Positions 12,618 to 23,951 of a DNA stretch of 64,000 bases are shown piece by piece. Source of the stretch: Malacoraja senta (taxonomy: Eukaryota); contig CM075996.1 in assembly GCA_038087875.1 (NCBI GenBank), positions 5,768,001-5,832,000 of the forward strand, in the 5' to 3' direction. A program made the translations under genes and the position numbers. How positions within the stretch are numbered: position 1 is the stretch's first letter; every line of letters begins with the position of its first letter. The notes under the pieces are model-generated. The model was given only the letters and a program-made list of their open reading frames with translations, was not told where the DNA came from and searched no databases.

Positions 12618-12664
12618 ATGCCCGAGCAGTCAGCCGAGTCCAGACTCACCGAGCCACGGATCTG
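12618..12664 (+). CDS. GARIN/FAM71-like gene, putative coding exon 1
   Basis: ATG..MPEQSAESRLTEPRI TG|GTGAGA. The phase-2 donor joins in frame to the acceptor at 14003. CpG-rich, repeat-free context. Confidence 0.45.
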
Positions 12665-14003
12665 GTGAGAGTGGGGGGGGGGGGGACCACTGGGAGATTT
12701 GCTCGCTTCCCCGGGAGGTTCTGTTATCTGTGGAAGGACCAAACCCACTGGCGATACATTGATGAGCAAATTCCTCAATGTCCTTGAGAAGGTGGCGGCG
12801 AGGCCTCTTTTGCTGACAACACTCCTATGGTCTTGTTGGGTAGAGGGTCCAGGATTTAGACCCAGCCAACAGGCAATAGCCACAAACTGGAGGCACAAGA
12901 GGCTGCAGATGCTGACATCTTGTGAGGAAAACAAACAGTTGTAGGATCTAGGTGGGTCAGGCAGCATCTGTGGAGAGAAATGGACAACCATATTTTGGGT
13001 GTGGACCATACTTCACACTGATGATTAGGAAGGGTCGCCACCCGAAACATCGCCTGTCCATTCCTCACCCCTCCCCCCCAAAGATACTACCCTACCTGTT
13101 GAGTTTCTTCAACTCATTCTTTTTTTCTTCAATAGTCAGATATTTCCAAGTCAGCAAAACACAAAGAGCTGGAGGAACTCAGCGGGTCAGGCGGCATCTC
13201 GGTTTACTTTCGTTTAGAGATTCAGCGTGGAAACAGGCCCTTTAGGCTTAGCCAACAGAGTCCATGCCGACCAGCGACCATCCCATACACTAACACTGCC
13301 CTACACACTAGGGACAATTTACAATTTTATCAAGCTAATTAACCTACAAACCTGAACGTCTTTGGAGTGTGGGAGAAAACCCGAGCACCCGGAGAAAACC
13401 CACGCGGTCACAGGGAGAACGTAAAACTCCGTACAGACAGCACCCGTAGTTAGGATCGAACCCGAGTTTCTGGCGCTGCAAGGCAGCAACTCTGGAGGGA
13501 ATGGTCAGACAACCTAAAATGTCGTGACTCTCTGAGTTGCTCCAGCATTTTGTGTCTTTCTTCGGTATAAACCAGCATCTGTAGTTCCTTCCTACACATG
13601 CTGTCCCCTTCACAGATATTGCCTGACCCGCTGCGTCCCTCCAGGACTTTGTGCTTCGCTCCAGGTTCCAGCATCTGCAGTTCCTTGTGCCTCTATTTCC
13701 GGGTCGGAACAGTGAATGACTTGTAGGGGAACCTGCAGATGCTGATGCTGATGCTGCCCTCAGACTTCTCGCTAATTGTAGGGTTAAGATAAGAGAAGTA
13801 ATCTCTGCAGAGCAGATAATTATCATGGAGAGAAACAGTGGAAAGATTGGGGTCAATGGCCTTTTACCAGAACGTCCAGGAGCTTTGATCAGATACTTGT
13901 GAACAAAGATGTGGGTTTAGAAAGCTCTAAACCTTTGAATAACATTGGTTAAGAATTATTCATTGCGTGTCCTATTTGTATTAATTGCCAACATCTTGTC
14001 AAG

Positions 14004-14169
14004 TTCTGAAAAGGTCACACTTGATATCAGATCCTACTTGTTTTACAAACTTCTTGAAGACATTGGAGCTGTGCCGACCTCGTTTGCAGGAGAAATGCAG
14101 CAATATCTGTACAACGGCGATTTTGCCCTCTTTAAGACTGCACCTGTTTTTGAAAGCAATTTTATCCAG
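14004..14169 (+). CDS. GARIN/FAM71-like (DUF3699) gene, exon 2
   Basis: GEMQQYLYNGDFALFKTAPVFESNFIQ resembles the FAM71/GARIN motif (G.LQ..L..GEY..F..AP.FESDFIQ). Donor CAG|GTGAGG. The 5' boundary is less certain. Confidence 0.82.
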
Positions 14170-14214
14170 GTGAGGTGAAAACAACATCTTCCAACTTAGT
14201 TGTCTTAGATTTTT

Positions 14215-14526
14215 AGCTTAGTTTAGAGATACGGCGTGGAACCAGGCCCTTCGGCCCACCGAGTCCGCACCGACCAGTGATGCCTGCACATTTAACACTA
14301 TCCCCCACACACTAGGGACAATGTTTACATATATAGCAAGTCAATTAACCTACAAACCTGTACGTCTTTGGAGTGTGGGAGGAAACCAAAGTTCCCGGAG
14401 AAAACCCACGCAGGTCACGGGGAGAACGTACAAACTCCGTACAGACAAGTACCCGTAGCCAGGATCGAACCCGGGTCTCTGGCGCTGTAAGCGTTGTAAT
14501 GCAGCAACTCTACCGCTGTGCCACCC
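14215..14526 (-). mobile_element. HE1-like tRNA-derived V-SINE
   Basis: The minus strand reads GGGTGGCACAGCGGTAGAGTTGCTGC..CCCGGGTTCGATCC (A/B boxes), then the V-domain and a CTCTAAACTAA tail. Related copies lie at about 9982-10268, 13203-13490, 15260-15568, 20696-20990, 23115-23677, 27916-28225, 36718-37005, 43443-43852 and 50253-50842. Confidence 0.8.
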
Positions 14527-15656
14527 TTGAACTTAATCAAAACCTGGCGACTTGTGTGTATATTGTCACAGTGGCCTATTCCTATACACTTTGGGCTTAA
14601 TCCAGAATTTTGCTTGCATATGGCTATTATTTTAGTTAATTTATGGTCATGTGTACTGAGGTACGGTGAAAAGCTTTTTGTTGCGTGCTAACCGGTCATC
14701 GGAAAGACTGTACATAATTACAATGGAGCCATCCACAGTTTACAGATACAGGATACAGGGAATAATGTTTAGTCCGATTAAAGATAATCCAAGGTCTCCA
14801 ATGAGGTGGATATCAGGTCAGGACCGCTCTCTAGTCTTTGATAGGATGGTTCAGTTGCCTGTTAGCAGTTGGGAAGAAACAGCATAGTTTAGTAATACTT
14901 TGCTGAACTGTATATAATAAAGCTCCTGTTGGTTTTCTCCCACACTCCAAAGGTTAATTGGTTAAAAAGAATTGTCCCTAGTGTGTAGGATAGTGCTAGT
15001 GTACGGGGTGATCGCTGGTCGGTGCAGAGTCGGTGGGCCGAATGGACTGTTTCCTCGCTGTATCTCTAAACTAAACAAAAAGAAGGTATTTACTAAAAAA
15101 GCTTCTGTTGGAAAGACAATACACGATTACAATGAGCCATTCACAGTGTACAGATACATGATAAGGGAATTACATTTAGTACCAGGAAAAGCCAGTAAAG
15201 TCCGATCAATGATAGTCCGAAGGTCACCAATGAGGTAGATGGTAATTCATGAGTGCGCTCTAGTTTAGATTAGTTTAGAGATACAGCGCGGAAACAGGCC
15301 CTTCGGCCCACCGAGTCCGCACTGACCAGAAATCCCCGCACATTAACACTAAACTACACACATCAGGAACAATTTTACATTTATACCAAGCCAATTAACC
15401 TACAAAGCTGCATGTCTTTGGAGTGTGGGAGGAAACTGAAGATCTCGGAGGAAACCCACGCGGGTCACGGGGAGAACGTGAAACTCCGTACAGACAGCTA
15501 CCCGTAGTCGGGATTGGACCCGGGTCTCTGGTGCTGTAAGGCAGCAGCTCTACCCGCTGCGTTGCCCGTTGTCCTAGTTGTGGTCGGATGGGCCCGTTGC
15601 CTGAGAACGGCTGGGAAGAAACTGTCCCTGAATAAATCCCAAACTTGTGATTGTAG

Positions 15657-15886
15657 GTCAGTAAGAAGGGCCACGTGAGTGACATCCATCACCGAGTGAC
15701 CATGGTGACTTTAGGAGTCTCCTCCACAGACCCCACGCTCTATACCCCTGATGTTCTGCTCATCGCCCAGCCCAGTGACCGACAGAGACAGCTCCAGCTC
15801 CAGATATTCAACAGGAAGCCGGGGGAAATCTTGAGTCCAGAGTCGCAGCTCCCTGGGGATGCCTACACCCCTCTTCAACTGCTGAG
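15657..15886 (+). CDS. GARIN/FAM71-like gene, exon 3
   Basis: TTGTAG|VSKKGHVSDIHHRVTMVTLGVSSTDPTLYTPDVLLIAQP...LQLL AG|GTGAGG. Matches the family motif (ISKRGEVIDVHNRVRMVTVGI.STSP.LPLPDVMLLARP). Confidence 0.88.
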
Positions 15887-15936
15887 GTGAGGCATTTGGT
15901 TTAGAGTCATAGTGATACAGTTTGGAAACAGGCCCA

Positions 15937-16163
15937 ACTTGCCCACACCAGCCAACATGTCCCAGCTACATGAGACTTGCCCACACCGGGCAACATGTCC
16001 CAGCTACACGAGATTTGCCCACACCGGCCAACATGTCCCAGCTACACGAGATTTGCCCACACCAGCCAACATGTCCCAGCTACACGAGATTTGCCCACAC
16101 CGGCCAACATGTCCCAGCTACACGAGACTTGCCCACACCGGCCAACATGTCCCAGCTACACGA
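15937..16163. repeat. 39-bp tandem repeat (~6 copies) derived from a LINE 3' UTR
   Basis: Unit approximately TTGCCCACACCGGCCAACATGTCCCAGCTACACGAGA(C/T). It is contiguous with the LINE at 16165-16880. Confidence 0.9.
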
Positions 16164-16164
16164 G

Positions 16165-16880
16165 CCCCACCTGCCCACGTTTGGCCCATATCCCTCCAAA
16201 CCAGTCCAATCCATGTACCTGTCTAACGGTTTCTTAAATGTTGGGATAGTCCCTACCTCAACCACCTCCTCTGGCAGTTTGTTCCAGATGCCCACCACCC
16301 CTTGTGTGAAAAAGTTACCCTTCAGATTCCTATTAAATTTTTTCCCCTTCACCTTAATTCACCTACTCTGGGCAAGAGATTCTGTGCATCTACCCAATAT
16401 ATTCCTCATGATTTTATGCACCTCTATATGATCACCCCTCGTGCGCTCCAAGGAATAGAGACCCAGCCTACTCAACCTCTCCCTATAGCTCAGACCCTCT
16501 AATCCTGGCAACATCCTCATATATCTTCGCTGTACCCTTTCCAGCTTGACAATATCTTTCCTATAACATGGTGCCCAGAACTGAACACAATATTCTAAAT
16601 GCGGCCTCGCCAACGTCTTATACAACTGCAACACGACCTCCCAACTTCTGCACTCAATACTCTGACTGATGAAAGCCAATGTGCCAAAACCGTTTTTGAC
16701 CACCCTATCTACCTGCGACTCCACCTTCAACGAACCATGCACCTGCACTCCTAGATCCCTCTGCTCTATAACACTACCCAGAGCCCTAACATTTACTGTG
16801 CAGGTCCCTGCCAAAATGTAACACCTCACGTTTCTCTGTATTAAATTCCATCAACCATTCCTCAGCCCACCTGGCCAATC
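16165..16880 (-). mobile_element. CR1/HER1-like LINE 3' fragment
   Basis: ORF 16359-16829 contains [33 protein letters not shown], the CR1 ORF2 C-terminus. Confidence 0.88.
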
Positions 16881-18102
16881 GATCAAGATCTTCATATCTG
16901 TGAAGATGGTCCACTCACTCAGTCATCCTCTCCACTGACTACCCTTCTATGCTGCTTTGGCATATCCATCACATTGGTCATGTCTTTTGCAGTCCCTTGA
17001 ATTTGGGATAGGTATAGTTTGGTATTTTCTTTTCAAAAACAAAAGTCGGGGATTGTAGGTGAGTTCATGTAGATGATCGGGAACCTGGCCAGTCCACATC
17101 GGCACTGACTGGGGAGCGCAACTCTGCCAGGTAGTCTGGTAAATGGATTGGATCGATTGGAAAACCTTTGTCCATTGGGAGGGACAAACCAGCCAGAGTT
17201 CCTGGGCCTCACCCAACCTGGCGGTACGGTGGCGCAGTCAGTAGAGCTGCTCCAACACAGCGCCAGAGACCCGGCTTCCATCCTGACCTCGGGTGCTGTC
17301 CGTGTGGAGTTTGCCCATTCTCCCTGTGACCCCGAGGGTTTCCTCTGGTTTTCTCCCACAAACGTGTAGGTTTATAGGTTAGAAGGCACAAAGTGCTGGA
17401 GTAACTGAGCTGTTCAGGCAACATCTCTGGAGAACATGGACAGGTGACGTTTCAGATTGGGACAAAGAGTTAGTTATTAATTGATTGTTGTCATATTTAA
17501 GGTTTCCTGTAGTAAAAAGCCAATTGTATTGCATGATGGGATTGGAAAAAAATCATCATGACAAGGTTTTCTTTTACGTAAGTTGAGTAGTTCACAGCTC
17601 TCTTACAAGTTTTTAAATATAAGTTGAAGAGGTTAATCAGATAAGAAGGGGCCAGAGGATGCCATTGGGATGACTGGCTTTTGGCAAAGAGTGAAAAACA
17701 ACTCCATATTTGGAGGTGGCTGAACGTATATTAACCCCGGTTTTCTGGTATTTCTTTGTGTGTGTGCTGCTGGAGATTTGGAGGTAAAACTGTTGCCGCT
17801 GGGTCTCTAGGTCCACACCCGTCAGACGTTAAATTAAAGCTTTGTATGGTCTTAAGAATTTGTACTTTGTCTATATCTTTTTAAGTGAACTTTTACAGGA
17901 CCCTTCTTCAGACCAGCATCTGCAGATCCTTGTTTCCAAAGTGTAGGGAGTTAATGCAAGGTGGGACAACATAGAACTAGTGTGAACGGGTGATCGATGG
18001 TCAGTGTGGCCAGAAGGGCCTGTTTCCATGTTGGTCCACTGTTTTGTTGATCAAGAGTTTTGAAGTCCCAGGCTCATGCGTTTTCTCCTGTTGACTCCCC
18101 AG

Positions 18103-18304
18103 ACTTTTCCCCCTGAAGCTGACGAAGATCTCCGTCTACGACGAGAAGAACCACCGCCTGCGGCTGAGGCTAGCCACCCACCAGTCTTTCTACCTGCAGC
18201 TGGTGGGGGCGGACACCCGGTACGAGGACGAGATGTTCCAGCACTGGGTGAAGCTGATGAAGCACATCTACCCCCACAGAGGGTCCGCGGCCAGCCCGCC
18301 CTGA
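18103..18304 (+). CDS. GARIN/FAM71-like gene, last coding exon
   Basis: CCCCAG|(R)LFPLKLTKISVYDEKNHRLRLRLATHQSFYLQLVG...EDEMFQHWVKLM...TGA. Matches the family motif LLPLKFV.IS.....LRLKLATGRSFYLQL. AATAAA at 18466. Confidence 0.88.
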
Positions 18305-18519
18305 GCGAACCCCCCCCCCACCTCACCCCTCTGCCCGGATAGACCTCCCAACGCCTCTGCTTATTGCTTCACCCAGGAGCAACACTTCCTCCCTCTCTGC
18401 TCCCACCCTTGCCGGCGTGGAGAGTCAGACCCTAACTGGAAGTCAAAGATAATGAAACAAAAAAAAATAAAATATATAAATGATTTATAACTCCAGGCGT
18501 GTGACCCTTTGGGAAATCT

Positions 18520-18915
18520 CGTTTTAGAAGGATGAGAAGCATCTCACTGAAACATATGTTTAAGGGTTTGGACACGCTAGAGGCAGGAAACATGTTCCCG
18601 ATGTTGGGGGAGTCCAGAACCAGGGGCCACAGTTTAAGAATAAAGGGTAAGCCATTTAGAACGGAGACGAGGAAACACTTTTTCTCACAGAGAGTGGTGA
18701 GTCTGTGGAATTCTCTGCCTCAGAGGGCGGTGGAGGCAGGTTCTCCGGATGCTTTCAAGAGAGAGCTAAACAGGGTTCTTAAAAATAGCGGAGTCAGAGG
18801 ATATGGGGAGAAGGCAGGAACGGGGTAGTGATTGGGGATGATCAGCCATGATCACATTGAATGGTGGTGCTGGCTCGAAAGGCCAAATGGCCTACTCCTG
18901 CACCTATTGTCTATT
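18520..18915 (+). mobile_element. CR1-like LINE 3' end (young subfamily, CTATTGT tail)
   Basis: ESRTRGHSLRI..FFSQRVVSLWNSLP. Near-identical copies at about 25292-25700, 47805-48290, 51653-52217 and 52965-53330. Confidence 0.85.
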
Positions 18916-19627
18916 GGGTCGCGGGTCGGGGGAGGGGGGAGGGGGGGGAGGAGTTGTGGTTACTGTCAGGCATCATTTCATTCACGGTTTACAAGTCCAC
19001 CATGCCACGGTGGAGAAGCTTGCCGGTGCCAATGAGCCTGAGAGCTGTGCTCTTGGCAGGGTCACCCACGGTGGGCAGGTCGAGGGGAGGGGGTACGTTC
19101 CTGACAAAGCGTGGCCCAAAAAGACCTCAATGGTGGAACGGGCTGAGGACGGTGGGTGGAGCACCACAGCGACTTGGGTTTCTGTTTAGTTCATTGTCGC
19201 GTGTACCGAGGAACCGAGGTACAGTGAAGAGGCAGAGAGTGGATGTGGAAAGGTTGCTTCCACTGGTGGGAGATACTAGGACCAGAGGTCATAGCCTCAG
19301 AATTAAAGGGCGCTCTTTTAAAAAGGAGGTGAGGAGGAACTTCTTGTCAGAGGGTGGTTAATCTGTGGAACTCATTGTCACAGAGGGCTGTGGAGTCCAT
19401 GGATATTTCGTCAAGGTAGAGATAGACAGGTTCTTGATTAGAATGAGTGCCAAGGGTTATGGGGAGAAGGCAGGAAAATGGGATTAGGTGGCAGACATCA
19501 GCCATGATGTCACCTCTCCATGGAGGTGTCTGTAGCTCCAGCTATCCGGATTCTGGCATTCCCTCCCTACACGTCCCCACTTCCCGCTCCTCCTCCTAGC
19601 TGCTGCCTTATACTCACACTGCCTTTA

Positions 19628-20065
19628 CTGTCCTGGGCCTCCTCCACTGTCAGAGTGAGGCCCAGCGCAAATTGGAGGAACAGCACCTCATATTTTGCTT
19701 GAGTGGCGTACACATTGATTTCTCTAACTTCAAGTAACCTTTGCTTTCCCCCTCTTCATCCTTCCCTGTTCTCCAACCAGTCTGTCTCCGACTACATTTT
19801 GTCTGTTTGCCTTGTCATTTACTTCTCCCAGCTAACAATGATCTATTTGACATTTTCCTTCGTCTCCATCCCCTTTGTCCCATTTTTTACACCTTACACT
19901 TCCTTATCTACGTATCTCCCTCTCCCCCGACATCAATCTGAAGAAGAGTCTCGGCCCGAAACGTCACCCATTCCTTCTCTCCAGAGATGCTGCCAGTCCC
20001 GCTGAGTTACTCCAGCATTTTGTGTCTATCTTCGGTTTAAACCAGCGTCTGCAGTTCCTTCCTAC
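19628..20065 (+). mobile_element. Penelope-like element 3' end with terminal repeat
   Basis: GIY-YIG C-terminal remnant (LGLLHCQSEAQRKLEEQHLIFCL) followed by the CTGAAGA..GAAACGTC terminal repeat. Confidence 0.7.
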
Positions 20066-21798
20066 AGCCACCCGAAAACGTTACCCAACTTTAGATTGTT
20101 TTGCAATGTGGAGCCTCTTGCAGGCTGTTGAAGCAAACAGTAGGTGCAGTGGGCTGAGGCCCAGACTCATGGTCAGACACAGGCTCAGACCCAGGGTCAG
20201 GCTTAGGCCCAGGCTTAGGCCCAGGCCCAGGCACAGGGTCAGGCCCAAACTCACATAAAGGACCAGTATCTGCAGACCCAGCTGTAGACTGAGGGCCTCA
20301 GCCCACGTGAAGGTTCAGGCCCACGTCACCTCCTCAGCAATGTCCACATGGAAAGGGGGCAGTGGGAAGAAATAGGAGGCAGCACAGTGGCGCAGCGGGT
20401 AGAGCTGTTGCCTCACGGTGACAAGAGACCCTGACAGGTTTGATCCTGACCGCGGGTGCTGTCTTGTGTGGGGTTTGCACGTTCTTGTGTGGGGTTTGCA
20501 CGTTCTTCTGCTGGTGCACTGGTTTCCTCCCACATCGTACAGAAAATAGGAACTAGTTTATCAGCCTCTGCAAATTGCCCCTTTCGCCTGCTGCAAAACT
20601 GCGGAGAGTTGACGGGGAGAGGAAGGGGAAAGAATAAAAACTGGGATTAAAGCTGGTTCAGTGTAAAGGGGTGGTTAGTGCTCAGCAGAGGATCTTTAGC
20701 CTTTAGAGATACAGCGTGGAAACAGGCCCTTCGGCCCACCGAGACTGTGCTGAGCAGCAATCACACCCCGTACACTAGCCCTATTCTACACACAAGGGGC
20801 AATTTACAGAAGCCAATTAACCAACAAACCTGCATGGCTTTGGAGTGCGGGAGGAAACCGGAGCACCCGGAGAAAACCCACGCGGTCACAGGGAGAACGT
20901 ACAAACTCCGTACAGACAGCGCCCGTAGTCAGGATCGAACCGGCATCTCTACCGCTGTAAGGCAGCAGCTCTACTGCTGCACCGCCGTCCCCCGCCTCAG
21001 TGGGAGCCACAGGGCCTGTTTCCCCATCTCTCCGTGAACATGAGAAATGGGAGGAAGAGATGGAAAAGTTGGGATTGGGGGAGGCAGTGGACTGGAGATG
21101 CAAGGAATCTCCCGGATGATCAGGAAGTCCAGGAAGCAGAGAGGAAAACATACTGTCCGGGTCAAACATGTGACCAACACGTCGTTGAAAGTGGCGTCAC
21201 GGGTATACAGGGTGGTCAAAAAGGCTTTTGGCACCTTGGCCTTCATCAGTCTGAGCATTGAATATAGAAGTTGGGAGGTCATGTTGCAGTTGGAAAAGAG
21301 GTTGGTGAGGCCGCATTTATAGTATTGCGTTCAGTCAGGGGCTCCACGTTATAGGAAAGATGTTGTCAAGCTGGGAAGGGGTGCAGAGAAGATTTACGAG
21401 CATGTTGCCAGGACTCGAGGGCCTAAGCTGCAGGGAGAGGTTGGACAGGCTTGGACTCTATTCCTTGGAGCGTAGGAGGATGAGGGGTGATCTTATAAGA
21501 GGTGCATAAAATCATGAGAGGAATAGATCAGGTAGATGCCCAGAGTAGGGGAATTGAGAATCATAGTTTTAAGGTGAGGGAGGAAAGATTTAATAAGAAT
21601 GTGAGGGTTAACTCTTTCACGCAAAGGGTGGTTGGTGTATGGAACGGGCTGCCAAACGCAGGTTGGCGGGACTAGTGTAGATGGGACATGTTGGCCGGTG
21701 TGGCCAAGTTGGGCCGAAGGGCCTGTTTCCACGCTGTGAGGCTCTGGAACACCACATTATACAGGGGTGAGTGAATCCATAAGAACAATGGGCAGTAG

Positions 21799-21836
21799 CA
21801 CACACACACACACACACACACAGACATACACAGACA

Positions 21837-21878
<42 letters not shown>

Positions 21879-21896
21879 GACACAGACAGACAGACA

Positions 21897-21959
<63 letters not shown>

Positions 21960-21962
21960 ACA

Positions 21963-22010
<48 letters not shown>

Positions 22011-22096
22011 GACAGACACACACACACACACAGACACACACACACACACACATACACACAGACAGACGCAGACACACACACACACACACACAGACA

Positions 22097-22194
<98 letters not shown>

Positions 22195-22246
22195 AACACA
22201 GACAGACACACAGACACACACACACACACACACAGACATACACACA

Positions 22247-22278
<32 letters not shown>

Positions 22279-22349
22279 GACAGACGCAGATACACACAGA
22301 CACGCACACACACAGACACGCACACACACACACACACACACACGACACA
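21799..22349. repeat. Compound (CA)n/(CAGA)n microsatellite
   Basis: Directly visible. Confidence 0.97.
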
Positions 22350-22580
22350 CGGGTTGTGCAGTACAAACATTTATCATGATCATCATTAAACTTTTCCCGG
22401 ACTCTGGCAGTATTCCTTAGAAACAATGTCCCAGGATCAAAGTCAGATAACCCAGTAAATTGACAGAAGTTCTGTGGATTTCTACATCGATCAGCTGGTG
22501 TCACTTCTATCTTCTCCAGCTTTGCGGATGATTTGGGAGTCGGATGCCCTTCTGTGCAGCGCCAGGGAGGCCTCGGTTCT

Positions 22581-22714
22581 CTACTCGCAAGCCAGCTTGC
22601 TGTCAAAACTAGAAAGGGCGACTGCAAAGGCCTGAAGAGGGCACATGGGATAGTTGTAGTCCATGGTGAATACGTCGTCTGCCACCCGGCCAAACTGCAT
22701 GATGATATAATCAG
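22581..22714 (-). CDS. TULP2: Tubby-family protein, last coding exon (14)
   Basis: TTCCAG|(P)[43 protein letters not shown], the canonical tubby C-terminus. Confidence 0.95.
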
Positions 22715-23221
22715 CTGGAACCAAGAGAGAGAGAGAGACAGAATTAATGTGTAGGAAGGAAGTGCAGATGCTGGTTTAAATCGAAGATAGACACAAAATG
22801 GTGGAGTAACTCAGCGGGCCAGGCAGCATCTCTGGGGAGAAGGAATGGGTGGCCTTTCGGGTAGAGACCCTTCTTCTGAAGAAGAGAGAGAATTAGTTGG
22901 CTCATTCCAATTCATTCTGTTGAAGTCACCCCCATCCATTTCCAGGTTGTCCTCTGAACCTTCCTCCAGTCAATCCCCATCTCGACCCTCAGCCTTGTCC
23001 CGTACTTTTCTCCTGTGTCTTCTCTCCAGAGAGGCTGCCTCATGCGCTGCGTTAATCCAGTATTTAATGTCTACCTTCTGTCCCAAGTCTTTCTATGGCT
23101 CATTCAACTTGACTTTGGTCTTTAGAGATACAGCGCAGAAACAGGCCCTTTGGCCCACCAAGCCCGTGCCGACCAGCGATCCCTGCACTCTAACGCTATC
23201 CTACAACTTAGGGACAACTTA

Positions 23222-23476
23222 AGCCCCTGTCCCACTTTCCTGAGTTACTCACGAATTCTCCCGGGTTTTCCCCTTGATTCAAACTCGGAGATGCCAGCCG
23301 TAGGCACTCGGGGCTATTTTTTTTTTACTTCAACATGCTGAAAAAGCTTCCCGACTTACCTGATGCCCCGCGTGCCTACGGTTGGCATTACGAGCCGCTA
23401 CGATATTCCCTGAGTTTGAATCAAGGGGAAAACTCGTGGGAATTTGTGAGTAACTCGGGAAAGTGGGACAGGGGCT
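23222..23476. mobile_element. PIF/Harbinger MITE inserted in an HE1-like SINE
   Basis: Long imperfect TIRs AGCCCCTGTCCCACTTTCC / GGAAAGTGGGACAGGGGCT with a TTA TSD on both sides. Confidence 0.85.
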
Positions 23477-23779
23477 TTACAATTACACTGAGCCAATTTA
23501 ACCTACAAGCCTGTACGTCTTTGGAGAGTGGGAGGAAACCGGAGCCCCCCGGAGAAAACCCACGTGGTCACAGGGGGAACGTACAAACTCCGTACAGACA
23601 AGCACCCGTAGTCGGGTTCGAACCCGGGTCTCGGGCTCTGTGAGGCAGCAACTATACTGCCGCACCACCGTGCCGCCCTGGTCCTGTACTATCTGGAGCC
23701 TTTCCCTTCATCCCTCCGCTACGGGGACCGCAGGCGTCGCCACGAAGCTTTCCGTCGGGCCCGGCGACGTGCTACTCAC

Positions 23780-23951
23780 GGTCATTGCCGTGGATTATCT
23801 GGAAGTTCTTCACAGAGGCCTGGGTGACTCGTCCGTGGAAGTTTAGCACGTAGGACTGAGTGTCGTCATTCCAGACCGGGGCCTTGTTGTGCAGCTCGAT
23901 GATGTTCTCCATGTTCTTGTTTTGCCAACGTGTCAGCAGCGTCTCATGGTC
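23780..23951 (-). CDS. TULP2: Tubby-family protein, exon 13
   Basis: [61 protein letters not shown] boundaries; 172 bp. Confidence 0.95.

Noticed and set aside
14031..14169. Alternative acceptor (CAG at 14030) for GARIN-like exon 2
   Set aside because: Joining it to the putative exon 1 creates an in-frame TGA; the acceptor at 14003 keeps the frame open.
21617..22693. 358-aa and overlapping Cys/Val- or His/Thr-rich ORFs
   Set aside because: Translations of a (CA)n microsatellite; the real coding exon is 22581-22714 in another frame.
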